Shown here in pieces: positions 28,231-41,880 of a stretch of 64,000 nt of DNA. Made by a program: the position numbers and the translations under genes. Source of the DNA: Macrostomum lignano (taxonomy: Eukaryota); contig NIVC01002722.1 in assembly GCA_002269645.1 (NCBI GenBank), forward strand, positions 82,535 to 146,534. The letters run 5' to 3'. Under the pieces are notes generated by a model, which was given only the letters and a program-made list of their open reading frames with translations, searched no databases and was not told the DNA's origin. How positions within the stretch are numbered: position 1 is the first letter of the stretch; each line of letters opens with the position of its first letter.

Positions 28231-28632
28231 CATGACGTATTGATTTTTGTCCGTAAGCCTCGAACTCGCAGATCGTCAGCTGAGGCATGTGACTTCTCAC
28301 CATGATCTCATGTCCGTATCCGTCGCATCGCAGAGTCTTGGAGGCGAATTGTGTCGAATTTTTGTACCGGTTGCACACGTTCCTCTCGTCTATTACAACT
28401 TCGAAGTCGGTCAGTGTGTCTCGATGCGTGAGCCGATTGTAGATTTTGACGTACACGAACCGCACGGGATATTCAGTCTTCGCCTTCCACCAGGTGTTGT
28501 CAATATTGGTGATGGCGCAGTTCTGAATGGGGTTATCTGGATCGTCCAGCTTATCATCGTAAGCCTTATCGCACAAGTTTTCCGTGCTGTTCAAGTTCGA
28601 GCCCTGTCTGCAGCCGATAAGCTGGATTTTAT
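28231..28632 (-). CDS. F-type lectin-like domain exon 4 (phase 1-1, 402 nt)
   Basis: GCCAG|AT AAA ATC; donor G|GTGAGG; close paralogue of exon 3 (DDPDNPIQNCAITNIDNTWW). Confidence 0.8.
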
Positions 28633-28978
28633 CTGGCAATTTGTGAGAAGTATATTATTCATGTACTTTACATTCAGTTCATCTTGTACTTTTGCTTGTC
28701 TGTGACCTCAATTAATTCAGATAGAATAAGTGATGTGATCAATGAGTACAAACTAATTCTGAAAACGGATGCCTACAGTGTAAAAGGTTTGGCTTAAGAT
28801 GTCGATTAAAGATGCCGAGCTCCCACACCCCTAACTAGTCAGCGCCCCTTTGTACTGACTCAATCGATGGCAATCCAGAAATCGCGCCCCGATAAAAATC
28901 TGGATTTACAATTGCAGATTGATAGCTTTGCTACACTAAAAAACATTAATACGAGCCATTTTGATGGCAATAGGAATA

Positions 28979-29685
28979 TACCTTTTTACGTTCTATTTGA
29001 TAAAAACTGCAACCAATTTGGCCACGGCTCAGCCTGACCATAGACATAGAATTTTCCATAGACAGCCACCGCTAGCGGCAACCAATTTGGTAAAAACTGC
29101 GAGCTATTTTGCCAGCTTGAAGATAGCAGCTGCTCTGATGGCGAATCGTGGGCCGTACCAAAAGATAAGTCAGCTGGATCGAGAGCGAATCGTGAGAGCG
29201 TACAGGAGTGGCGACGACTGGGGAGAGCTTGGCAGAATGATGGGGATGAAGAAACCGACAGTGAGGAACATCGTGACCACGTATGAACGAACTGGTAGAG
29301 TTGGCACTCTGCCAAAAGGAGGAGTGAAGAGGATGGCGCTGACGGAGGCTATGGTGGACACCATTGTTCAATTCGTCGAAGGTCAACCTACTGCCTCTCA
29401 CGCCTCTCAAGTGCCTGCGCTGGATCAACCATTCCCAGACGTACTTCAATCGGTGCTTGAATGCTGAGGACATAATGTTCTGACTTCGTGCATGTATTGT
29501 TAACATTCTTTATCGTTATTGTTATGCTATTGAGCTGCTATCTTCAAGCTGGCAAAATAGCTCGCAGTTTTTACCAAATTGGTTGCCGCTAGCGGTGGCT
29601 GTCTATGGAAAATTGCTGCGGCTGCGTCAGGCTGAGCCGTGGCCAAATTGGTTGCAGTTTTTATCAAATAGAACGTAAAAAGGTA
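28979..29685 (+). mobile_element. Internally deleted Tc1/mariner (IS630-like) element that retains the HTH coding region
   Basis: About 150-bp TIRs (TACCTTTTTACG...), TA TSDs, and an ORF from 29138 (MANRGPYQKISQLDRERIVRAYRSG...TVRNIVTTYERTGRVGTLPKGG) of Tc1 N-terminal type. Confidence 0.8.
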
Positions 29686-29690
29686 TAATA

Positions 29691-30451
29691 TAGCTTTTGG
29701 CAGCCTATTTGGGCTTACGCGCATTTAATTTAATCCAAGATACGCTTGCCAATGTAATGGAGCTTTTTTGTCTATGGTAGCAAGGCTGCCGCAGCGGCAT
29801 TCAATTTGGTCCAACAAGCATCAATTTGGTCCAAATGCTCGTGAGCCAGTGGCAAACTCTTGCCTTCTCGCAACCGCCTAAGGGTTGTTGCGCACCGCTG
29901 GAATGTCAGCGTCTGTACCAGCAGTTTCCAGTCGCTTTTCCAGAGCTCTGCTGATAGTCCAAATCTGATAACCAACTGGAACTGTTCCTTCAACTGCTGC
30001 TGCATTTTCTGCAACGTCAACAAAGGGTTCGTCTCAATTGCATTAAGTAGCAGTTGGACCTGAGTCTCTAGCAACTTGCCGAGGCGATTGCCACCTTTCC
30101 ACAGGCGACCTATGCCAGAAGTGGTTTCAACACGCTGATGGATGCTGTAAACCATTTTTCTTCTATATTCAGCAGCCTTGCAATGTCCTTTGGGTGTTCA
30201 CCTCTGTTGAGTGCTTTGATCACAAGCCAGTGGCATACGTTCGACAACCTAGCATGGTTCACAATTCTGGGGCTGGTGTTGCTCCTCCGCAACAGTTGAA
30301 AATAAAGCTATGGACCAAATTGATGCTTGTTGGACCAAATTAAGTGGCGCTGTGGCAGTCTTTCTACCATAGACAAAAGCTCTGTTGCATTGGCAAACGT
30401 ATCTTGGATTAAATTAAATGCGCGTAAGCCCAAATAGGCTGCCAAAAGCTA
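29691..30451 (-). mobile_element. Second Tc1/mariner-derived MITE family, copy 1
   Basis: Long TIRs TAGCTTTTGGCAGCC / GGCTGCCAAAAGCTA, TA flanks, frameshifted HTH remnant (ALNRGEHPKDIARLLNIEEK...). Confidence 0.75.
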
Positions 30452-30568
30452 TAATTAATTAGTCAGACCACCGATAACACAACTATGGCAAAAAGCGATT
30501 AAAAAGCATGTACAAGTTGCGTTGTCACACAGTTGTCGTCTTTCAGCAGAGTATCATATGCTACTCAC

Positions 30569-30973
30569 CCTCAGTAGGTACCGTTTCCCCGTAAGCCTCG
30601 AACTCGCAGATCGTCAGCTTCGGCAGGCGACTTTTCACCATGATCTCCTGGCCATATCCGTCGCATCGCATGGTTTTATAGGCAAAGAAAAATATACTCT
30701 GGTACCGATTGCACACGTTCTTCTCGTCAATGATCACATCGAAGTTGGTCAGTCTATACCTCCGAGTCGCGCGGTTGTAGATTACAACGTACTTAAACCG
30801 CACGGGATGCTCGGTTTTCGCTTTCCACCAGGTGTTTTCTTTGCCCGTGTGAGCGCAGTTTATAACAGAACCCGGCTCACTTGTATCCAGCTTATCATCG
30901 TAAGCCTTGTTGCACAAGTGATTTGTGCCATCCCAGTTCGAGCCCTGGCTGCAGTTGACGAACTTTAACTTTT
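30569..30973 (-). CDS. F-type lectin-like domain exon 5 (phase 1-1, 405 nt)
   Basis: TTTCAG|AA AAG TTA; donor G|GTGAGT; CAHT...TWW...IYNRATRRYRL...LTICEFEAYG. Confidence 0.85.
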
Positions 30974-31209
30974 CTGAAAAAAATATTTGTATTTTAAACA
31001 AGGGGTGCTTTTAGTTTGTAATATGATATATGGCACTATTTTTCGTTGGTATACTTTTCCTTGTGTAGTCAATTTGTGTTGAAACTTTTTCCGCTACTTT
31101 TGCTAAACGCATAGCGTTTTCATTGCTTTAAAAAAACCTCTAAACTGGTCCAGAAACAGCTCAAGTTGCATGTCTATCGCTTTATCAGAAGAAATCAGCT
31201 TCGACTCAC

Positions 31210-31614
31210 CGTCTGTAGGCACGGTCAGTCCATAAGCCTCGAACTCACAGACGGTCAGCTGTCCAGCAGCGGTGCTTATCTTGAGTTCCTGTCCGTATCC
31301 ATCGCATCGCAGAATTTTAGAAGCAAATCTATCCGTAGGTTTGTATCGAGTGCACACTTTTTTCCCGTCGATAAGAACCTCAAAGTCAGTCTGCTTGTTT
31401 TTAAAGTCGAGCCGGTCGTAAAGTTTGACGTACGTGAACCGCACAGGGTGCTCAGTTCGCGCCCACCAATAGGTATTCGAATGGTTGCGACTGGTGATTG
31501 CGCAGTGGTCTCCCAATTCTTTTCCATATTCTAACCGATTATCGATAGCTTTATCGCAGGTAGTACTATTATCCCGATCTGTATTCTGTTCGCAGCTGAC
31601 AAGCTTCAGTTTTT
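31210..31614 (-). CDS. F-type lectin-like domain exon 6 (phase 1-1, 405 nt)
   Basis: AACAG|AA AAA CTG; donor G|GTGAGT; CAIT...YWW...LYDR...LTVCEFEAYG. Confidence 0.8.
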
Positions 31615-33501
31615 CTGTTGAGTTGTGTCAAGAATAATTGAATGGTTAACTTGCGCCATAACTTGAAATATTTTTCAGTGTTTGAAAAGTGAATACTATA
31701 TGCATTTTCACATGTGCATCCTGTGTGCACCCCTCTCCCTGCACTCTGTGCCTTAGATCTACCTCTTTTCAGTCGCAAACGTACTAGTATATTTGGTTAT
31801 TTCTTAGCTGCAAATGCCCTATGAATAGCTACAGTTAGTTATTTCTCCTTTTTATGGTTTTCTTCAGCATTTCTCTATGTCAAGCCCCTTCATTTTCTAT
31901 CTAAATTTCTTATTGAATCCCTCCAGAATTGTCTTATTTTTTCTCGATATGTATCTCTTGGAGGGGGTGGGTCATTTACGTGCAACATCTTTCTATTAAA
32001 CTATCTAGATACATACAAGTTTTGCAGTATAAAAATTGGCAGTCACTGTAAAGTTATATGCCCTCAAAAAACGTACTATAATTATCGTGCACTATGAGAA
32101 AATCAAAGCAGGAAATATGGCCAGCTCTTCGGGCCGGATTAGACAGCAAAATATCGGTTAACTGGCCCGGATTTCTCGGCGCAGAATAATTCTGGGTGAA
32201 TCGCCCGTAAATATTCGGGTATAAATGCGGGTGCATGCACGGGTGCATCGCCCGAAAAGCGAACTTTTCGTAACGATTCCGGGCCAGTAGCCCGGCAATT
32301 TTTACACCCGCAAAGTGCTGACGATTTCGGGTGAAGAGAAGGGTGAAAATTCGGGCCAATTTTTCATAGGGATACTATGCAAATTTTGGGGAGAGTTTTT
32401 CTTGATATCTAAATGATACGGAGGAAAGACGCATATGTACTTCTAATATGTAAGTTGCTGATTACTGAAAAATGCCAGTCACTAGCGATCTCCTGAATCG
32501 GAAGATGCGGCAGTCCTATTTATGAGCCATAAGAAAATGCTCATAAGTCTAGGAACGGGGATAGGCTAGGTCACCTTGTCGTGTCACCTGGTCGTGTCAC
32601 CTGGTCGAGTCACCTGGCGAGGCTGGACGGCAACGAGAGGACCCAATGTGAGCCTGGAGCGAGGGGACCAAAGTTATGAAGTAGGCCCCAACGTTGCGGA
32701 CGCTAGCTTTTGTCTAAGACACCCAACGTAGCTCGGCTCGCACCATCAGCAGCAGCAGCATCAACGATCTCAGCAGTACGCAACAATCAGCCGATCGGCT
32801 CAGGACAGCAAGACCAGTTCAGCAGGAGTTCATTGTGCTTCCCAACGCTCAATTGTTTGCACAAGTGAAAGTTAGAAAAGTTTAGCCGGCTGAACTTGGC
32901 TTGCACTAAGAACGCCTGAACGTCTGGTTCTCACGAAAACTGCTGAGATCAGCGCCCAAAATCTGCGACATCGATACAGCTGCAACACTGGTGGAGCCGC
33001 CGAATGACGCACAACGGCGCTGTCCGATTTCGCTGTTCACATGAAACTGGCACGCAGACATCCAAACTTTCGCACCAAAAAATAATTCCCAGACTTTCTT
33101 GCAATTGCTATTGGTTTGAAATAACGCTGACTGAGGCAAATTTTGTTGTATAAATATAAGTGCGGAAAAGTAGAAATGGGCCAACTTGCGAGCGAGCAAA
33201 CTGGCGGCCTAAAAACTATCGTTCGAACAAAAACTTGTGTTCTAAACTTTCGATTGAACAGTAAAGCCAGTAAAGTTGAAAGGCTAATTGAAATCAAAAG
33301 GAGGCGCAAGCAAACATATTTAGCCGCTTAACTCGACAGGCGCGCAACCTCCTATACTATTATTGGCAAACCCACAGTGGTTAATCAAAGGACATGCCGA
33401 CGCCATACTGGTGCATCAAGCCTAGGATGTAATTTATTTTAGCTACCCTTGTCACCTTGTCACAACTCTCGTCAATCTTAAACAGGTCAATCTATACTCA
33501 C

Positions 33502-33900
33502 TCTCCGAAGGTACAGTCTCTCCGTAAGCCTCGAACTCGCAGATCGTCAAATTGGGCCGGTTACTTCTCACCATGATCTTCTGACCGTACGCGTCGCATT
33601 TTAGAATCTTTGAAGCAAATACCTTCGATTTTTTGTACCGATTGCACACTGTCTTATCGTCGATGATCACTTCGAAGTCGGTCAGCCCTTCTCGTTGTTT
33701 GAGCTGGTTGTAGATTTTGACATAGTTGAACCGCACGGGTTGCTGAGTTTTTGCCATCCACCAAGTTTTGCGATCGCCGGTTCGTGCACAGTTCAATAGA
33801 GAGCCATCTTCATTTGTCTTACCGTCGTAGGCCTTATAACACATGTTCTTTCCGCCAGGCAAGCTTGAGCCCTGGCGACAGCCATGAAGCTTCAGTTTTT
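33502..33900 (-). CDS. F-type lectin-like domain exon 7 (phase 1-1, 399 nt)
   Basis: GCCAG|AA AAA CTG; donor A|GTGAGT; CART...TWW...IYNQ...LTICEFEAYG. Confidence 0.8.
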
Positions 33901-36635
33901 CTGGCAATTAGGTTTATGAGAGTGTGGCAACGTTATTTCTACGTAATAATCTCCAAGTTCTGAGCTTATTACATGTAGCTTAGAGCAGTAAACCCAACGC
34001 TAACATGATGAGCCTTGGGACATTGTTCAAGCAAGGGTAAAGCTCGTATATTTGTTATCACAGAGTGACCTGCTTACTACTATGCCATTTAGACTCTGGT
34101 TTACACGATAAAAGCGTGCTTCCTACAGAACAGCTTGTGCTTTTATACAACATAAGTGGTAACAGTGCTGTACGCAGAGAGAGGGCTAGGACTGTAATAG
34201 CCCCTCCCCCCAGGAAGTTGTGCGTCCACCAAAAACCGAATGAAGGTGTGGTAACCAAGCTTGATAAATATCATAAGGTCAATTTTTGCCACGTCTTGGA
34301 CGTCGCATCCACCGAACGGCCGATGAAACAGACTAGGACCATCAAGAGACAGAGGCACCTGAGACACGAGACACCAAATATTGGCGCCCATTAGGGTAGC
34401 GACCCCTCCAATATGGTTGACGCCGATATTTAATATTGGCGTTCAGAAAGTAAGGGCCGTATATACAGTAGTTTTTCCAGATTACCTCAGATTAGCCCAG
34501 ATTGATAAAATTTACATGCCTAGAAAAAATTAATACAAATGCGTGACTTGCGCACTTTTGTCATAGACGGCTGCATCTGATAGGTTCCAGCTCAGCCACT
34601 ATGAAACGCAAGGAGAGCTTGTAAAAGTGTAAGAGTATAAACAATAAGCATGCACTTCTATCGTATCGTCGCTTTGCTCTTCAGAATGCGACACTGACTT
34701 GCCCTACCGTGGAAATTTTGGTAGAATAAATACAAAGAACCAGATAGGCAAGTTGTAGAGTACCTTGTTGTCCCACTATTTGGCATAACTTCGGTCTGAT
34801 TCAACGAATTTTTATTGTCGATTTTGATAAAATCTGTTTTTTTCACACGTCAAATGTTCTGTTTTGAAGCAAACTCACCGTAGGTCTCTGTTTTATAGGT
34901 TCTTTGACGAGTAAAACAAGGTTTTTTGCACCGCAACTTTTCTAAGAAGTTTTTACTTTCAAATCTCTTGTGAGACTACTGCAAAACTACCACCTTGAAT
35001 GCTGGAAGACTCGTATTAACATACTGAAGCGAATATGCAGGATTGCTGTTAATGACATTTAACGCCCGATTGTCTATTTCAAACTTACTCTAATGCAAAT
35101 TAGCGGGCAGTTAATATCATTAACTGCCCGCTAATTTTGTCCCACTTTGTCAAGGACACAAATGTCTATGGCACAATGATAGTAATACCCATGCTTTGCG
35201 GGCGTTAATGGGAAAATCAGAGGGCGCCGTGTTGTTTCGGAAAATGGAAACACTTGCAGACAGAGAATCGAAGGGAGCGGACTGCCTTCCTATAAAGTCA
35301 GATTCAAAGGAGATGCAATTCAAGTACCGTTAACGCGTAAAGTTATTACAACTGTAGAGTTATTAAAACCATACCGTAATGTGCTACTTAAAGTAATACT
35401 CTAAGAAAAGTCTATTTAAATCTGCAACCTATAGAGCCAGGCGCAAATAGAATGAATCAGAACCCTACGTAGGACCAACGTTTGTTTTATCAAGGAACCG
35501 GTTTTCAACAGCTGTATTTGCTTTACTCCATGTATGGTAGTGCTCAAACATGCATGACCGCCTAATCAAACATAAATGATCTAAGTTAATATCCGATCTC
35601 GAACCGGTTTTTACCCAAAATTTTGCTATAAATATAAGTGAAAATCTGCGTAAAAAATTCAGACTCGGAGCGGTATCTAAAAAGACTTCGAAGAAACAAA
35701 GAAGACCAATCTCTGAGGGACGATACGAGCTACTTCTCCAATTGGTAAGCGTTTAACGGATTTAGTTCTTTGTTGCTAGCGTTAATAAGTAGATTAATTA
35801 AGTTTTTCGAGAGCGGTTTATTGTCGAAACATTTTAGAAAGGCCTCCTTATTTTCTAAGATATTCCTAAAGGATTAATTGATTGATTTAAGCTATCTGTT
35901 ACATTTCGGACGTGACGAAGAAGACGCCCTTCATGAGGACCTATTACAGGTACTCAAAGAATTCAATTGTTCATTAGAGCGCACGTTCTATTGTTAATTC
36001 CGAGCTCGAGGACCGTCAAGATTTCTGATTCGCTCTCGCTTTTGGTTGACCCACAGATAAAGTCAAGGACTCCCGGAGGTATCGATTCACCCAAGCCAAG
36101 CAAAGACGTCTACAAGCTACTAAAGGAGCCGCTCCTAAGTAAGAGTTATTTGATTTTGCACTTGCACTTGCTCCCCAGTGTCTAGAAGTGGAAGCGGGAC
36201 TGATCAACACTCCTATACTCTACACAACACGTGACACAAAATGATACAGTAGTACATGGTTGAAAGTATGCAAGAACGCTAAACGAAACAGGTACGCTTA
36301 TAGTCACGGCTCGTATATATATGCCACGTGGGCACGTACGAGCTCGTAGATATCTATAACTGGCAACTGAGGCGCTTGACATATCTCTCAGCTCTATATA
36401 CTGCTGTAGCTGAAGTCGAAGGCTACAAGCATGAGCTAACGTGCACCCATAGATACAGTACATATTACAAATGAATAGGCCTTTCATGTTATTTTCTGCA
36501 TGAATTGAGGCGTTTCCCGTTCCCCTTTTCGTCCCTGGTCAAGCCTTGATTCCTCTTAAGAGCCAAATTTGCTACCGATTCTTTGTGGTCCGTTTAGCCA
36601 CACTAAACTATCACGTAAACTTCATTCGCACTTAC

Positions 36636-37004
36636 GCAGCACTTTTCCGTAAGCCTCGAACTCGCAGATCGCCAGCTTGGGCAGGTGACTCCTCACCATG
36701 ATCTCATGTCCGTATCCGCCGCAAGGCAGTATTTTTGTATCGAATTCTGTCGAATCTTTGTACCGATTGCAAACGTTCTCGTCGATTAGAACTTCAAAGT
36801 TGGTCAGACTGTCCCGTTGTTTAGCACGGCTGAAGATTTTGACGAACATGAACCACACAGGTTGTGAAGTTTGTGCCTTCCACCAGGTGTTGTCACTATT
36901 GGTGATTGCACACTGGGCTAGAGAACTATCGTAAGCCTCATGGCACAGGTGTTTAGCGTCATCAGCGTTCGAGCCCTGACTGCAGCCATCAAATTTGAGC
37001 TTAG
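36636..37004 (-). CDS. F-type lectin-like domain exon 8 (phase 1-1, 369 nt)
   Basis: ACCAG|CT AAG CTC; donor C|GTAAGT; shortened N-terminal loop; CAIT...TWW...IFSR...LAICEFEAYG. Confidence 0.8.
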
Positions 37005-37151
37005 CTGGTGAAATGGTTGAAAGGATGGTGGGTTCAAAAATTTCCAACTGAAAAACTTTTATCAAAACGTTTTGCGGGTTATTAAATCAAAATCAACACA
37101 AAATATTCCAAAACACAGACTGAACAGTAAATTGCAAAAATATATGAAAAA

Positions 37152-37900
37152 TGGCTTTTGCAGCCCATTTGGGCTTTACGCGCATTAAACTTAATCCAAA
37201 AGATATGTTTGTCAATGTAACGGAGCTTTTGTCTATGGTAGCAGGGCTGGCACTGAGGCACTTAATTTGATCCAAACGCTCCTGAGCCATTCGACAAACT
37301 CTTGCCCCCTCGCAACCGTCTGCGGGTAGTTGCGTACCGCTGGAATATCAGCGTGTCTACCAACAATTTTCAGTCGCTTTTCCAGAGCTCTGCTCATACT
37401 CTAAATCTGAAAAACCAACTGGGACTGTTCCTTTAACTTCTGCTGCATTTCTGAACCGTCAACAAAGTGCTCGTCTCAACTGCATCGAGTAGCAGTTGGA
37501 TATGAGGGTCTCGAGCAACTTGCTTTGGCAATTGCCAGCCCTTTAAAGGCGATCTCTGCCGCCACTGGTTTTAACGCGCTGATTGATGCTGTAAACCATC
37601 TTTTCTTCTACATTCAGCAACCTTGCAATGTCCTTGGGGCGTTCACCTCTGTCCAGTGCTTCGATCGCAAGCCAATGGCATTCGTTCGACAGCTTAGCAT
37701 CAGGTCCACTTATCTGGGGCTGATCTTGCTCCTCCGAAGCCGTTGCTAATGTAGCTATGGACCAAATTGATGCTTGATGGACCAAATTAAATGCCGCTGT
37801 GACAGCCTTGCTACCATAGACAAAAGCACCGTTACATTGGAAAAAGTATCTTGGATTACATTCAATACTGGTGAGCCCCCAAATTGACTGCAAAAAGCTA
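37152..37900 (-). mobile_element. Second Tc1/mariner-derived MITE family, copy 2
   Basis: Collinear with 29691-30451 (ALDRGERPKDIARLLNVEEKMVYSINQRV); more diverged TIRs. Confidence 0.7.
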
Positions 37901-38102
37901 TTTTTGTTTCTGTCTATCGCACTGCATCAATCTCTGCCGGTTCTCTCTGTATTTATTCGCTTGTCCATTAATCTAGTTTGTGATTCATTCAAGGACCACT
38001 GTAAATAACAATGTATACTTTATATAACATTATAAAATTATATACAGTGGTCCTTGGGTTCATTCATGTAGTGAATACCCTTAAACACGGTGTATATAGC
38101 AA

Positions 38103-38911
38103 TAGCATTTTGTAAGCTAGTAAAGACTACGAGCAAGCAATTTAATCCAAGATAGCAAAAACACATGCATTTTGAGCCTCACTGCTAGTTATCCATGGTA
38201 AAAAGTGTGTCAAACCGGCAGGAAATTTAATCCTTGGAGCACTCATTTAAGCACTGAAATCCATAAACAGCGCTGTCTATGCCATTCCACTCTCAGTTTA
38301 TACTACATGTCAGACGAATGTGACCAAGCCAGCACCATTTTTAAAGACATCGACAGAATCGCTGCCGAAGATGCCGGAGCGCCACCTGTGCAATATGCTA
38401 AGATTAGCGACAAAAAGCATAGATTGATAATCGACGGTATCGACAGAGGCGATAACAACAGAAGCATTGCCAACTTGGCACGCAGGCAAGAATTCGCACA
38501 GGCTGCATCGCTGGGGAGGTGATTATGTAACTTACTGAAGTCTAAACGTACATGTAAAAACTTTTCTGTCGTGTGTTTCTTTATAAGCAGGTTTCGTTAA
38601 GTGAACTTTTTTGCTGAACCTTGTTCTACGTCGTAACTTTTTCATATGGAGCTTCCTGGTTGGTTTCGTTAGAGGCATGCATGAAATAAATGGAAAGGCC
38701 GAGCAAGATAGTGCTTAAATCATGGATTTCTATACTTAGATGCTAAGTATAGAAGTCCATGGCTTAAATGAGTGCTCCAAGGATTAAATTGCCTGCCGTT
38801 TTGACGCACTTTTTACCAAAGACAACTAGCAGTGAGACTCAAAATGCATGTGTTTTTGCTATCTTGGATTAAATTGCTTGCTCGTAGGCTCTACTAGCTT
38901 GCAAAATGCTA
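38103..38911 (+). mobile_element. Third Tc1/mariner-like MITE
   Basis: About 80-bp inverted repeats (TAGCATTTTG.AAGCTAGT...TAATCCAAGATAGCAAAAACACATGCATTTTGAG); HTH-like remnant YAKISDKKHRLIIDGIDRG. Confidence 0.65.
38721..38761. mobile_element. 41-bp micro-MITE (CA...TG ends, 8-bp TSD; P- or hAT-like)
   Basis: CATGGATTTCTATACTTAG-ATG-CTAAGTATAGAAGTCCATG flanked by GCTTAAAT on both sides. Confidence 0.75.
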
Positions 38912-39102
38912 TATTAAAATTTAACAACGAAAGAACTGTTTATGTCAAAGTTTAACAAAGCAATGATACTAATTAGCACTAACCCGTGATTTTGGTTCAA
39001 GTATATGCAAAATAATGTACGTATGTCTGTCAAGCATGAACTATATTGGCTATGCCTATGCTTTTATCTGTATAATAACAGGAGAAACAAAGTCGAACTC
39101 AC

Positions 39103-39498
39103 GCAGTGCTTTTCCGTAAGCCTCGAACTCGCAGATTGTCAGCTGAGGCAGGCGACTTTTCACCATGATCTCCTGGCCGTATCCGTCGCATCGCAGAATC
39201 TTAGTGGCAAATCGACTCCAACTTTTGTTGTACCGATTGCACACGTTCTTATCGTCGATAATCACGTCGAAGTTGGTGAGTCTCTCCTTCAGAATCTCGC
39301 GGTTGTAGATTTTGACGCAAATGAACCGCACAGGAAACTCGGTTTTCGCCTTCCACCAGGTGTTTTCTTTTCCCGTGTGAGCGCAGTTTAATAGACCCAA
39401 TTTACCTGTATCCAGTTTGCCATCATAAGCCTTGTCGCACAAGTAATTTGTTTCATCCTGGTTCGAGCCTTGGCTGCAGCTGACGAGTTTGAGTTTTG
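39103..39498 (-). CDS. F-type lectin-like domain exon 9 (phase 1-1, 396 nt)
   Basis: CGCAG|CA AAA CTC; donor C|GTGAGT; CAHT...IYNREILKERL. Confidence 0.85.
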
Positions 39499-39642
39499 CT
39501 GCGTTGAATGGAGAGTGGCAGTTGAAATTTCAGATGCACACAGAAACACAAATATGTTTTGGAATCTGTTTCCAACTAACCAATAAAATAACTCTTGCAA
39601 GAGTATGCGTGTCTATATGCAAAACAGAATGTGCACTGCTTG

Positions 39643-40198
<556 letters not shown>

Positions 40199-40202
40199 TA
40201 TA

Positions 40203-40335
40203 ATTGAGGGTGTGTGGCGACCCCCAGTTCTTGGACTGAACTGCCGTACGCAGCCTTCAGATGGCGCTGAGCAATAGCTGCGGCAGAGGTGTCGGTTGCA
40301 CATCTGGCCGTTACTCGTAGGGCAGGTGTAATCAA
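40203..40335 (+). mobile_element. 5'-truncated copy of the SINE at 14700
   Basis: ATTGAGGGTG.GTGGCGACCCCCAGT.CTTGGACTGAAC...GCAGGTGTAATCAAT matches 14863-14990. Confidence 0.75.
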
Positions 40336-40609
40336 TCGATATTCGCATAATATTATTATACTGTTTTTACTTTTAACACCATTTTCCCTTAAAGATTAAC
40401 AATAGTGACTGCACAAAGCAGAAACGTACGTATACTTATTCAAAATATGTAAACTGTCAGACAAAAGGCGCAGATTGCTAGTGCAACTAAAATTTTAACA
40501 AACCACTGATTTTCCACTATCCCCCGTGTCTTTCATTAAACTTACTGCATTATTTAGTATATCGGTTATGCTTTTTTCTCTATAATAGTTAGGAAAAAGT
40601 CCAACTCAC

Positions 40610-41002
40610 GCATTGGTTCTCCGAAAGCCTCGAACTCGCAGATTGTCAGCTTTGGCAGGTAACTTTTCACCATGATCTCATGTCCGTATCCTTCGCATCG
40701 CAGAACCTTGGTGGCGAATAGTTTTGGATTTTTGTACCGATTGCACACGTTCTTATCGTCGATGATCACTTCGAAGTCGGTCAGTCTCTCCCTCAGAATG
40801 TCGCGGTTGTAGATTTTGACGTACACGAAGTGCATGGGATTATCAGTCTTCGCCTTCCACCAGGTGTTTTGGTTGTCCGTGTGAGCGCAGTTTAATATAC
40901 CTAATGTACCTCTATCCAGTTTGCCATCATAAGCCTTGAAGCACACGTGCTTCAAGTTATCCCAGTACGAGCCTTGGCTGCAGGTGACGAACTCGAATTT
41001 TT
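40610..41002 (-). CDS. F-type lectin-like domain exon 10 (phase 1-1, 393 nt)
   Basis: TGCAG|AA AAA TTC; donor C|GTGAGT; CAHT...IYNRDILRERL. Confidence 0.85.
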
Positions 41003-41099
41003 CTGCATTTCATTTATTGTAGTAGTTGGAATTTCAGGTGCACACAGCGAAACAAAAAAATTCATGAATATCTTTTGGACTCGGCAATAAAAAACTCAG

Positions 41100-41880
41100 A
41101 AACGGAAACGGGCGAGTGGGAGATTTGTGAGGCCTAACCGCCCAGAAATAAGAGCTCCGCCACGACTCCTCCGAGGTGAACCCGGCCAGGGGCAAAAAAC
41201 CACGAAAATTGCAGCAAAAGGACGCGAAAAGACCCGTATCCCGCCCGGAACACTATCCGCTCAGGCCCGACTCAGCGCGCGAAGCAGCTGCTGGACACCG
41301 TCAAAGTTCAAAACTGCAGCAACCAGCCCAGTGTCACCACTGCTTCTCTATCGGACAACAGGGCTGAGAATCCGGACACTGCCCCAGTGGCGACCTCGCC
41401 CTTGACCGAGGAAACCATCAGGAAAGGAGTCTATGGAAGAGGCAGCAGTGAACATCCTGCAGACTAACCTGCTTCACTGCATCGAGGCCAACCTGATGAA
41501 GGTAACGGACTTAGCAAAACCGATAGTTATTCTGCTTGAGGAGACCTGGACGACGAAAGGTAAGATTCCGGACATTCTTGTTGGTTCTGACATTTTTTAG
41601 GACCCTCAGAACCCTAGAGCAGCCTATTCGAGACTACCCTTCTCAAAGCTTGGCACAGATTGGACCTCTCTGACAGAGACCTCTGTGTCATTCATTCAAT
41701 CCAATCATATTATCACCAACCCCTACGACCATCATTGTTTCGATTTATATCCCTGACAATGACTTTTGCGGTTCCGCCTAACCTCACCTCACGTCCCAAT
41801 GTTCTTGTTATACCTATTGCAATGTTGGGCTGCTCTAACAGCGATACAAGTTGGATCTACCCATGGAGGAAAGAATAGAA
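41100..41880 (+). pseudogene. Non-LTR retrotransposon remnant (N-terminus of APE endonuclease)
   Basis: 41433-41600 translates as MEEAAVNILQTNLLHCIEAN...VILLEETW, like the start of a LINE ORF2 APE domain; no RT follows. Confidence 0.55.

Noticed and set aside
34066-34400. Possible LTR with PBS (TGGCGCCC at about 34382)
   Set aside because: No second LTR or gag/pol sequence follows.
35640-36000. Possible Ginger/SCAND3-like integrase N-terminal remnant (EGRYELLLQL)
   Set aside because: Too short and degenerate to support without a search.
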